64,000 bases of DNA from Macrostomum hystrix. Taxonomy: Eukaryota > Animalia > Platyhelminthes. Location: positions 8,618,001 to 8,682,000 of the forward strand of contig CATNEN010000003.1 of the NCBI GenBank assembly GCA_950097015.1, written 5' to 3'. This document shows, one piece after another, positions 49,501-60,701 of this stretch (position 1 is its first letter; each line of letters starts with the position of its first letter). The position numbers and the translations under genes were made by a program. The notes under the pieces were generated by a model. The model searched no databases and was not told the DNA's origin. It saw only the letters and a program-made list of their open reading frames with translations.

Positions 49501-51833
49501 ATCATTTTGCACTAAGACAAGGGTCGCTAACCTTATATTTCTATTTATTAAAACAGAGAAGAAATTAGACCGCATCAGACTTAGGGCCCGAAGATTGCCT
49601 ACCTTGCATGTGATTCTCCCATTCATTGATTTCCTTCTAGTTCCCATCGTCTGTCTCTCCGCCATGGAGCAGTGGCGCTAGCGGCGGCAGCATAGCTTCT
49701 CATCCTCACTCGGGGCGTCACTACTCAGCAGCCTCTCAGCATCAGCAGCAGCAGCCGATGGGAAGCTACTCATCCAGCTATCCCCATCAGCCTCCAATGC
49801 AGCAGCAGCAGGCTGGTCATCAGTCAGTGTACTATCCCGGCAATGTCCCGCAGTACACTGGCCGGCAGCCTATTCGGGTATTCACCAGTCATATGGCCAA
49901 CGACTGCGCCAAGCAGTGCCTCTCTGTGCCAGGCTTGAAGCCGGAGCGCTGGCATCAGGCCTGCCTCGATCGCATGGCTCAGCCGCAGCCGCCTCCACCG
50001 CCAGCGTCAGCTCAGCCAGCCGCTGCCCCAGCAGTCACTCCCGAGCAGCTGAGAAAACGAGACGAAAAGCTGCAGCGCATCAAGCAGATTGGCCAGACTG
50101 TCGGCTTGTCAGCTTCAGCTCAGTCTCAGCCGCAGCCTCCGTCAGCTTCGCTGCCAATCGACACTCCTTTAAGTACGCCAGCGTCCGCATCAGCATCGGC
50201 AGCTGCTGCTGCTGCCGCAGCTGCTGTAGCGGCTGCTGGGCTTCCGCCGCCGCACAGCGCGGACCAGGCCAGGGCACAGCAGCAGTGGAAGGACATGGTT
50301 AGGCAGCACTACATGGACAATCCCTACGCGGCCGCTCCTTATCATCAGCACGGCGGAGTGCCGGCCCATCCCGCTCAGTTTGTTCAGCACCAGATGATGC
50401 AGCAACAGCAGCAGCCGCCTCCTTCACCCTACGCTCAGCATCCCAATGCTGCCGCTGCTGCTGCTGCCGCCGCCGCTGCCGCAGCCGCCGCGGCCACCGC
50501 CAACTCGCCGCATCCGGTTGGCGGAAAGCGGCCCTACAATCATCCAGCTGGCGGCCCGATGATGCCGCCGCAGCCGCAGATGCCGATGCACCATCATCCT
50601 CATCAGTATCAGCCGCCTCCGCATCATCAGCAGCCGAGAATGGCACCTCCGTTCGATGATCCAATGATGATGTATCCGCAGCCGCCACTTCAGCAGCAAC
50701 AGCAGCCGCCGGTGCCGCAGCCGCCTCCGCCGCCGCCGCCGCCACCGCCAGCAGCACCTCCCAAGGCAACGAAACGACGCAAGAAGGAGCCCGTGGAGCC
50801 GCAACCGCCGCCTCCGCCGCCGCCAGTGTCCGAACCGCTGATGAATAAGCTGCCGATGGACTCAATGTCACCCTATGATCATCATCATCAGCAGCAGCAG
50901 CAGGTTCTGGCACCGCAACATCAGCCGCTGCTGCCGCCTTCTCCGCATTCGTCATCAAATTCTTCGCGATCATCCGGCCTTGGCAACATCACGTCCGCTA
51001 GTCTGGCCAGCCTAGCCAAACTCAGCAAGGATGTACCAATGGGTGGCGGCCCGTTTCAGTCTATTAGCATGGCCCAGCCTGTAGCTCAGCATCAGCCGCA
51101 GACTCAACCGCAGCAGCAGCAGCAGCAGCTACAACAACCGCCGCACCAGCCCGTGGTCGTTAATAATACATTTGTCAATGCGCAATTAAATGTACAGCAG
51201 ATGAACTATCAGACTGTGAACGGTATGGGCGCCCAGGCTCATATGCAGGTTCAGCAACAACAGCAGCAGCCGCAGCCGATGTCTCACCATCCGGCATCGT
51301 CGACCACGGCTGGCGGTGTACAGATTTCGGCTCGCAGCGCGAACACAATCCAATACATGCCCACAGCGTCGCCAGTAGCGCCAGCCGCTGGCTCCAATGC
51401 GGCGGCCGGAGCTGCCGCTGTCGTCGGCTCCTCAGCTCCTGGATCGTCGTCAGCAGCGTCATCGGCTATGGCTGCCGCTGCGGCGGCGTCGGCGGCTGCG
51501 GCGGCTGCGACTTCTTCTTTAACAGCTACAAGCTATCATCACACCCAGCCTCATCAACCTCATCAGCAGCAGCAGCACTACCCTATGTATCCACATCAGC
51601 AGCAGCAGCAGCAGCAGCAGCAGCACACTTACTACCAGCAGCAGCAATATCAGCAGTACCAGCAGCAGCACATGATGTCTCAACGCCAGCACATGATGTC
51701 ATCGTCTGCGGATTACACCCCGGACTATGCTCGACAGTACCCGGAATATTTGCAGTATCCTACTCAGCATCATCACCATCAGCAGCAGCAGCAGCAGCCT
51801 CCGCCGCCATCCTACCCGCATCATGCTATGTAG
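46545..51833 (+). CDS. BCL9: BCL9/Legless-like beta-catenin co-activator with an N-terminal CECR2/RSF1-like DDT-WHIM module (~1296 aa)
   Basis: Exons 46545-46889, 47031-47492, 47959-48669, 49291-49470, 49641-51833, all phase 0 GT-AG and in frame. HD1-like IRVFTSHMANDCAKQC..WH; HD2-like VTPEQLRKRDEKLQRIKQIGQT; HD3-like AQQQWKDMVRQHY; NLS-like KRRKK; Q/P/A-rich. N-terminus: WQLPTILYFL..FKFPRIRLTDLD..LDDLGFEAKTRLLKKVIDY..GADRRNRRHFYLDDHRLY..CAEDWEKF..NERDLGEFL. Confidence 0.78.
47575..47925. repeat. 21-nt minisatellite (CCATGACCTACTTAGCTACAC)n
   Basis: Tandem units within intron 47493-47958. Confidence 0.95.
48775..48935 (+). mobile_element. tRNA-derived SINE, family B, with a conserved-core-like block
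   Basis: GGGTTCGATTACC B box followed by gtcctt..cccagctgtcaaatgggtacc, resembling the central cores of widespread metazoan SINE superfamilies. Confidence 0.65.
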
Positions 51834-52954
51834 GTTCGCATAGAGTTTTACTTTGGCGCTACAGTGGAAAGTTGACTGATCAAACTTAAGCAATTGTTTT
51901 AAATTGGTGCCATAATTCTAGTTTGGGGTTGGTTGAAATTTGCTTCGATATTTGCCGGCAAAGAAAAACTTGTCCATTTTTTCTACCAGTTTTTCATACA
52001 ATTGATGAGTAAACTGCAGCTGCTGAAATTATTTATTTAACTTGACAGTTAGTTCATTTTTATATACTTTTTTTGATGTACTGATAGTGTAGCTATTTTT
52101 TCTTATCCGATCCATCCATTTAGGTTTTCTCGTTAGTTTTTTTTGCATGGCAACTAAAAAGAAAAAATAATTATATTCGAACAAATCAAAACTTACTGTG
52201 TTTTTCTGTTCTTTTTTTAATTCGTATTATTATTTTTCTTAGAATAAAAGCCATTTGCTTGTTGGTGTCTTTTCGATTCAGTTTCACAGCCTGGTCGATC
52301 AGTTTTTTTCTTGCTTCGCAGTTTTTTTTAGCTTTTTTTTATTCGCATTGTACTTAAAAACATAAGATGAAATACAGTTTTTACATCTACTCATATAAGT
52401 AGTGCGTGGGACATTTTTCATTAAAACAGTGTATGTGGCGTCAGTTGATTTTAATCTTTTATAACCATAATTTATCTGCTGTAGTAGCCACTGCTGTTTC
52501 AATTTTTACTGATGATGAAACTGTTTTAAAGATTAATTTTTATGTGTTCTATATAGCAATCTAACTTATTTGTAAAAGATGTCCATTTTGTAATAAGTGT
52601 GTCCATGTACATTGCCCATTGTCCAGTAGGGCTGAAACTTGCACAGATGTTTAATTTTTTAAGCCGTTCTTTTTACTTATGTTACAATTAGTAGTTTGTT
52701 ATTGCTATTTGTATTATCGAATTCGCAAAAACATGCAAACACAACAAACTCGCTTGTTTGTTTTATAACTTGTAATTTAGAATGTAAAAAAATATATTTA
52801 TTTATATAATTTATACAAACTTTTGTTCATAGCCGTAAAAATTATATAAGGTTTCAACTGACAGCATTTTAGCTTTTGTTATTTGTATTTCTGTGCAGTA
52901 AAATTTTAGACCAAGGGCTAGTAAATAATTATTTGCTGTAATAAGTCGATTATA

Positions 52955-54075
52955 ACAGTTACTGTAGCACACACTACAGACATTTACTGTAGCACACACA
53001 CTACAGACAGTTACTGTAGCACACACTACAGACATTTACTGTAGCACACACTACAGACAGTTACTGTAGCACACACACTACAGACAGTTACTGTAGCACA
53101 CACACTACAGACAGTTACTGTAGCACACACACTACAGACAGTTACTGTAGCACACACACTACAGACAGTTACTGTAGCACACACACTACAGACAGTTACT
53201 GTAGCACACACACTACAGAGAGTTACTGTAGCACACACATTACAGACAGTTACTGTAGCACACACACTACAGACAGTTACTGTAGCACACACACTACAGA
53301 CAGTTACTGTAGCACACACTACAGACAGTTACTGTAGCACACACACTACAGACAGTTACTGTAGCACACACACTACAGACAGTTACTGTAGCACACACAC
53401 TACAGACAGTTACTGTAGCACACACATTACAGACAGTTACTGTAGCACACACACTACAGACAGTTACTGTAGCACACACTACAGACAGTTACTGTAGCAC
53501 ACACACTACAGACAGTTACTGTAGCACACACACTACAGACAGTTACTGTAGCACACACACTACAGACAGTTACTGTAGCACACACACTACAGACAGTTAC
53601 TGTAGCACACACATTACAGACAGTTACTGTAGCACACACACTACAGACAGTTACTGTAGCACACACTACAGACAGTTACTGTAGCACACACACTACAGAC
53701 AGTTACTGTAGCACAAACATTACAGACAGTTACTGTAGCACACACATTACAGACAGTTACTGTAGCACACACACTACAGACAGTTACTGTAGCACACACA
53801 CTACAGACAGTTACTGTAGCACACACACTACAGACAGTTACTGTAGCACACACACTACAGACAGTTACTGTAGCACACACACTACAGACAGTTACTGTAG
53901 CACACACTACAGACAGTTACTGTAGCACACACATTACAGACAGTTACTGTAGCACACACACTACAGACAGTTACTGTAGCACACACACTACAGACAGTTA
54001 CTGTAGCACACACATTACAGACAGTTACTGTAGCACAAACATTACAGACAGTTACTGTAGCACACACATTACAGA
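52955..54075. repeat. 27/25-nt minisatellite (CAGTTACTGTAGCACACACACTACAGA)n
   Basis: About 42 units; each contains a CTGTAG-(CA)n-CTACAG hairpin. Confidence 0.97.
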
Positions 54076-54649
54076 CTGGTACACCGCCAACAAGGTCAGC
54101 TCATATCCATGCAGTATATAATCTGCTAAATACTGTGAATAGCAGCTTTGTATAATAGTTCGGCTATCGCTTAATTCCTTTCTCTGGGTTTCATATTCAC
54201 CAAGCGTGTTGCATTCTATTTAGTTCGGTTGCTCAAATTAAGAGTAGAAGTTTTTAAGCTTTCGTCACTTTTTCAACCAGCAGAGCCAGATGTTGCTATC
54301 AATTCCCTTATCTTTCTCACTGAAAAGCTTAGTCATAGTTGGATCTGAACCCCTAATAACCGATCGGTTTTGGTAATGGCCGCGTCACCAGCTGAGCAGC
54401 TGCAAAATCTAACTTGCACAGAAACAGAAGGATTGAATCAACTTGCTCAAGCAATGCCATGTCTTTAAGTATGCGTTCATACTGGGCTGATTCTAGACCA
54501 GCCACTGCCTGCTCAATGAGTGTGGCGTGTTATGGGGGCTTCACGTGCATCAATAAACTGCGCCGAACAATGAACGAATGAATGGGTAGTCTTTGCTGCA
54601 AGTCCCGCGGTGGGCGGAGGGTGGGTTGTTGGTCGATGAACAGAGCCGG

Positions 54650-54668
54650 CCAATGAGCGACAGCCAAG
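54650..54668 (+). promoter_or_regulatory. ERSE-like element CCAAT-N9-CCAAG
   Basis: Exact 9-nt spacing, one mismatch to the CCAAT-N9-CCACG consensus, ~290 nt upstream of the PDI ATG. Confidence 0.55.
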
Positions 54669-54851
54669 TGTCTCAATTAGCCTACGCAACAAACGGGCGT
54701 TTTGAGTTTTTCTGCTTGCAAAGTCGGATGATTTCGCTTTGTCAATTGTTGTTCGTGTCTAGAAATGAGGACTGTGCTCAAATGCTTTACTACTGAAGTT
54801 TGTGGGTGGTTGGGAGGGAGGGAGGTTGTTGACGAGCTGGCTGACATAAGA

Positions 54852-54859
54852 CCACGTCA
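54852..54859 (-). promoter_or_regulatory. UPRE (TGACGTGG; XBP1/ATF6-type site)
   Basis: CCACGTCA on the plus strand, ~100 nt upstream of the PDI ATG. Confidence 0.6.
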
Positions 54860-54957
54860 CCCAGAGCCTCACGAGTCACTCACTGACTCCTTGAGCACAA
54901 CGGATTTTTCTGCTTGTTTCTCTTGTTTTCTTTTTCGGTCCCAATAATCAGAGCAAC

Positions 54958-57900
54958 ATGCTGAGACTGCTTCTATTGCAAATTGTCATGGTTGCGACTT
55001 CTGTCAATGCCGACTCCATCGACCTCGATGCTGCCACATTTCACAAGACAATCGACACGAACGACGCCTCCCTGGTGATGTTCTACGCGCCCTGGTGCCC
55101 GCACTGTCAGGAGGCGAAACCGAAATTTGCCAGCGCTGCGAAAGAGGTGGCTAAGGAGCCCAGCAAAGTGTTGGGCATGATCAACTGCGACGAGAAGAAA
55201 AACCAAGGTTGGTTGCCATGGCAACAGATTTATCATTGTCTACTGTATCTGCTGTTCTATTCTACTCTACTATTCACAATACTATCAAATCTACGGTCTA
55301 CTCTACTTTCTACTCAAATATCTACTCTACAATAGACTTTAAATTATGAATCCCTGTCTAACAGTTAGAAATCCCTGTCTAACACTTAGAAATCCCTGTC
55401 TAACAATTAGAAATACATGTCTTAAAATTAGAAATCCCTGTCTAACAATTAGAAATCCCTGTCTCACAGTCAGAAATCTCTGTCTAACAGTTAGAAATCC
55501 CTGTCTCACAGTTAGAAATCCCTGTCTAACAATTAGAAATCCCTGTCTAACAGTTAGAAATCCCTGTCTAACAGTTAGAAATCCCTGTCTCACAGTTAGA
55601 AATCCCTGTCTAACAGTTAGAAATCCCTGTCTAACAGTTAGAAATCCCTGTCTAACAATTAGAAATCCCCGTCTAACAATTAGAAATCCCCGTCTAACAG
55701 TTAGAAATCCCTGTCTTAAAATTAGAAATCCCTGTCTAACAATTAGAAATCCCTGTCTAACACTTAGAAATCCCTGTCTAACACTTAGAAATCCCTGTCT
55801 AACAATAGGAAATCCCTGTCTAACACTTAGAAATCCCTGTCTAACACTTAGAAATCCCTGTCTAACAATTGGAAATCCCTGTCTATCACTTAGAAATCCC
55901 TGTCTAACGATTAGAAATCCCCGTCTAACAATTAGAAATCCCTGTCTTAAAATTAGAAATCCCTGTCTAACACTTAGAAATCCCTGTCTAACACTTAGAA
56001 ATCCCTGTCTAACAATTGGAAATCCCTGTCTAACACTTAGAAATCCCTGTCTAACAATTGGAAATCCCTGTCTAACAATTGGAAATCCCTGTCTAACAAT
56101 TGGAAATCCCTGTTTAACAATTGAAAATCCCTGTCTAACAATTGGAAATCCCTGTACATCTTTCTACTCTACTCAATTTTTTTTCGCGAATATCTACTTT
56201 ACTTTATAATTTAATATATATTATCTATTACTATCTGCTCTTTAATCTCGTTTTCAAACTATCTATATACCACCAAGTGCATTTGGTAATCTCAAATTCT
56301 CTATTAATTGTCTATCCCTAATTTTGTGCCCCAAAAGATCTGTGCGCAAAAGAGAAAATTGAGGGCTACCCTACCATCAAGTTCTACAGCAAGGGAAAGC
56401 TCATTCAAGACTACGAAGACGACAACACCGAGAAAGCTTTTATCGACTTCATGAAGAACCCGCCTAAGGAGGGCGAGAAGCGACAACCGTCCGCCACATC
56501 AGAGAAGGACGATCAGGATAGCGAACCCGACACCTTGTGAGTGTAAACAGCTTATACACCTGTTCAATAGTGTTAGACAGCTTATACACCTGTTCATTAG
56601 TGTTAGACAGCTTATACACCTGTTCATTAGTGTTAGACAGCTTATACACCTGTTCAATAGTGTTAGACAGCTTATACACCTGTTCAATAGTGTTAGACAG
56701 CTTATACACCTGTTCAATAGTGTTAGACAGCTTATACACCTGTTCAATAGTGTTAGACAGCTTATACACCTGTTCAATAATAGTGTTAGACAGCTTATAC
56801 ACCTGTTCAATAATAGTGTTAGACAGCTTATACACCTGTTCATTAGTGTTAGACAGCTTATACACCTGTTCATTAGTGTTAGACAGCTTATACACCTGTT
56901 CATTAGTGTTAGACAGCTTATACACCTGTTCAATAGTGTTAGACAGCTTATACACCTGTTCATTAGTGTTAGACAGCTTATACACCTGTTCATTAGTGTT
57001 AGACAGCTTATACACCTGTTCAATAGTGTTAGACAGCTTATACACCTGTTCATTAGTGTTAGACAGCTTATACACCTGTTCATTAGTGTTAGACAGCTTA
57101 TACACCTGTTCAATAGTGTTAGACAGCTTATACACCTGTTCAATAATAGTGTTAGACAGCTTATACACCTGTTCAATAATAGTGTTAGACAGCTTATACA
57201 CCTGTTCATTAGTGTTAGACAGCTTATACACCTGTTCATTAGTTAGACAACTCATATGCCCGTTTATTGATAATCTAAAAAGTTTGAAAAGTGACCTAGA
57301 ATTTCAATGTTTGATAGAGGAACTACTGGAAAATTATCCTGCAGTCGTCCAAAGCAATTAATGTCAAGGTACCTGTAATTACGCGAATGAAAAATTACAA
57401 ATTTACTAATATTCTTACCTTATTTAGCGATATTCAGATAAGAAATAAAAAATCGATAACACAGGTACTGTAATTGGTGTAAAGTATTATTAAAATCTAT
57501 TAAGATCATGTACTTATAAAAATTTCCTTTATGCCATTAAAATGAGAAAAATGAATTTTAGTATTTTATAAAAGCAAAATTCGTTTATGCACATGGAGCT
57601 AGGTGCAGGAGATGACATATTCAGAGGGGTCAAACCCTTTCTAAAAGTTTAAAACATCCCTGTCTAACAATTACAAATCCCCGTCTAACAATTAGAAATC
57701 CCTGTCTAACAGGTAGAAATCCCGGTCTAACAATTAGAAATCCCCGTCTAACAATTACAAATCCCCGTCTAACAATTAGAAATCCCTGTCTAACAATTAG
57801 AAATCCCCGTCTAACAATTAGAAATCCCCGTCTAACAATTAGAAATCCCCGTCTAACAATTAGAAATCCCCGTCTAACAATTAGAAATCCCCGTCTAACT

Positions 57901-59972
57901 ATTAGAAATCCACGTCTAACTATTAGAAATCCCTGTTTAACAATTAGAAATCCCCGTCTAACAATTAGAAATCCCCGTCTAACAATTAGAAATCCCCGTC
58001 TAACAATTAGAAATCCCCGTCTAACTATTAGAAATCCACGTCTAACTATTAGAAATCCCTGTTTAACAATTAGAAATCCCCGTCTAACAATTAGAAATCC
58101 TCGTCGCTGTTGAGGCAATTATAAAAGTGTATATCACAAGTCTATATTGCTACTGTCAGTAGACAGAAGCGAAACTGATAAATTTAAGAATTAAACCTGT
58201 TCGTTCATCAAAACCTCGCAGTATGACAGGCGTCACCTACCTTGGCGCTGGCAACTACACGCAGGTGCTAGACAATAACGAATTCGTTCTAGTGTTCTAC
58301 TATGCTCCCTGGTGTCCTCACTGCAAGGAGAGCAAGCCTAAGTTTGAGCAGGCGGCCAAGGATCTACTCGCCAAACCAGTGGCTGGCAATATCATGGCCG
58401 CCATCAACTGCGATCAGAAGGACAATCAGAGTGAGTAGATTTGGGAATTCGGATTGAAGATTAGACACGTGAGACTGTTAAGTAGACACTTGAGATTTGT
58501 GAGTAGACACGTGAGATTTGTGAATAGACACGTGAGATTTGTAAATAGATACGTGAGATTTGTGACGTAGACTCGTGAGATTTGTGAATAAACACGTGAG
58601 ATTTGTGAATAAACACGTGAGATTTGTGAATAGACACGTGAGATTTGTGAATAAACACGTGAGATTTGTGAATAGACACGTGAGATTTGTGAATAGACAC
58701 GTGAGATTTGTGAATAAACACGTGAGATTTGTGAGTAGAAAGGTGAGATTTGTGAGTAGACATGTGAGACTTGAAAAAAGACACATGAGGTTGTTGGCTA
58801 AGCGCAATACTAGTTGAATAAAAGCGATTTGTTCTAATTCCAGAGCTATGCGAAGACGAGAAAGTGGAAGGCTACCCGACCATCCGTCTGATGAAGAAGC
58901 GCGAGATGTGGGCCGAATTTGAAGACGAGATCGAGGCCAAGCCACTGCTGGACTTCATCAGCAGTCCGCCAAAGGAGAAGGTGCCACCGACGCCTGTTGA
59001 AGAGGAGAAGAAGCCGGGCGAGACTGGCAAAGACGAGACCGCGGCAGCTGGCAGCGCCGAGAAGCCAGAGGACAAGATGCAGCACGTCACCTACCTGGAG
59101 GGCGCCGAGCAATTCAACGAGGCCATCAAGGCCAACAAGCACGTGCTGGCTATGTTCTACGCGCCGTGGTGTCCGCACTGTCAGCAGGCCAAGCCGGCCT
59201 TCGACAAGGCGGCTGAGGCTTTGACTGGCGCCCAGGGCAAAGCACTGGCCGCTGTAAACTGCGATGTCAAGGCTAACGAGAGTGAGTAGGACTGGGGATG
59301 CGACTGGGGATGAGACTATGGATGAGACTGGGGATGAGACTTGGGATGAGACTGGGGATGAGACTTGGGATGAGACTGGGGATGAGACTGGGAATGAGAC
59401 TGGGGATGAGACTTGGGATGAGACTGGGGATGAGATGGGGATGAGACTGGGGATGAGACTGGGAATGAGACTGGGGATGAGACTGGGAATGAGACTGGGG
59501 ATGAGATGGGGATGAGATGGGGATGAGACTTGAGATTGGACTGTGGATGAGAAAGTTAAAAATGAGAGAGACAGGGAAAGATACGACAGGGGAGAGATGA
59601 CGCAGGGAGAGATAAGACAGGGAAGAGACGAAACAGCCAAGGGATTGAAAAATAAGAAGAGAGATAAGACTCGGTAGAAATGCGAGCGGTCAGTCAGCCG
59701 GATTTGTTCGAAAGCCTGTGGGCAAGACCATGCTCTACTAAGTAGTAGCATGCGACTATTGCTCTAAAATATCTTTTAACTCATTGATATGTTCGATTAT
59801 ATTCGCAGAGCTGTGCGAAGATCAGCGCGTCGAGGGCTTCCCAACCTTCATGCTGTTCAGCGACGGCAAGAAGAGTCAGGACTACGCGGAGTCGCCCATT
59901 ACTGAAGCCGGCGTTAAGGATTTCATGGAAAAGCTGCCAGCTGACGCGACCACCAAGAAGGACGAGCTGTAA
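54958..59972 (+). CDS. ER protein disulfide isomerase, PDIA5/PDIR-like, with three WCPHC thioredoxin domains and KDEL
   Basis: Exons 54958-55207, 56338-56536, 58222-58430, 58844-59281, 59809-59972, in frame. Signal peptide MLRLLLLQIVMVATSVNA; three YAPWCPHC..NCD..N(Q/E).LC..EG(Y/F)PT domains; C-terminal KKDEL. Confidence 0.9.
55345..56155. repeat. 21-nt minisatellite (AGAAATCCCTGTCTAACAATT)n, PDI intron 1
   Basis: Tandem units; same family as 57655-58100. Confidence 0.97.
56545..57245. repeat. 30/33-nt minisatellite (GACAGCTTATACACCTGTTCAATAGTGTTA)n, PDI intron 2
   Basis: Starts immediately after the donor at 56537. Confidence 0.97.
57655..58100. repeat. 21-nt minisatellite (AGAAATCCCCGTCTAACAATT)n, PDI intron 2
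   Basis: Variant of the intron-1 unit. Confidence 0.95.
58460..58770. repeat. 21-nt minisatellite (CACGTGAGATTTGTGAATAGA)n, PDI intron 3
   Basis: Tandem units. Confidence 0.93.
59290..59535. repeat. 12-nt minisatellite (GAGACTGGGGAT)n, PDI intron 4
   Basis: Tandem units starting right after the donor at 59282. Confidence 0.93.
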
Positions 59973-60701
59973 CTGGCTCCGGATTTTTCTTTTGACTGCG
60001 TTAAAAACTTTTTTCTTGCATTAAAATTCCTCCTAACCAATCAGATCAAAGATTGGGGACAGAGGGTGAAATTTTAATGTCTTCGGAGTGGGGTGGCTGT
60101 CGGAGAGGGCTTGGTGAGTGGCAGTAAGATTAAGTGTACAAAAGTACACTTAACTTTATAGCCCTCTTTTCCAACTAGACTATTGAAATCTATTTATAGT
60201 AACATTTTCAAACTGATCCCGATTCAATTTTTCAAAATCTAATCGCAATAGAAATCTAATTTATTGCCCTTGTCATTTTACTTTTACCGTCACTCTGTCA
60301 TCCCCTACTCATAAAAACATTATAGCAAAAAGTTGTTACACTTTTCTTTTTCTTGCTTTTGAAATGCGATCGAGCAACAAAATACACGGCAATAATTGTG
60401 TGACGATGATTGCGTCGAATGTGAACAAAATATCATTAAATCTAATAAGTGCGACAAGCTCAAATCTTTTTTTTAGTCGAGAACAATTTTTTAAATCAAT
60501 CAGTTTAATTTAGAGTATAGATAAGTTATGCTATTGATAGTGCAAATTTATTAAGCTCAAAGTGCGACCTTCAGGGGTCAAGCATCAGCATCAGCATCAG
60601 CATCAGCACCTGACTGCTGCTGCAATTGTGCAGGCTTTATTGTAAGCTCGAAAAAAACTAGGCCAGTAACTAGCCTCCCTAGGCCAGTAGACAGGTGACT
60701 C

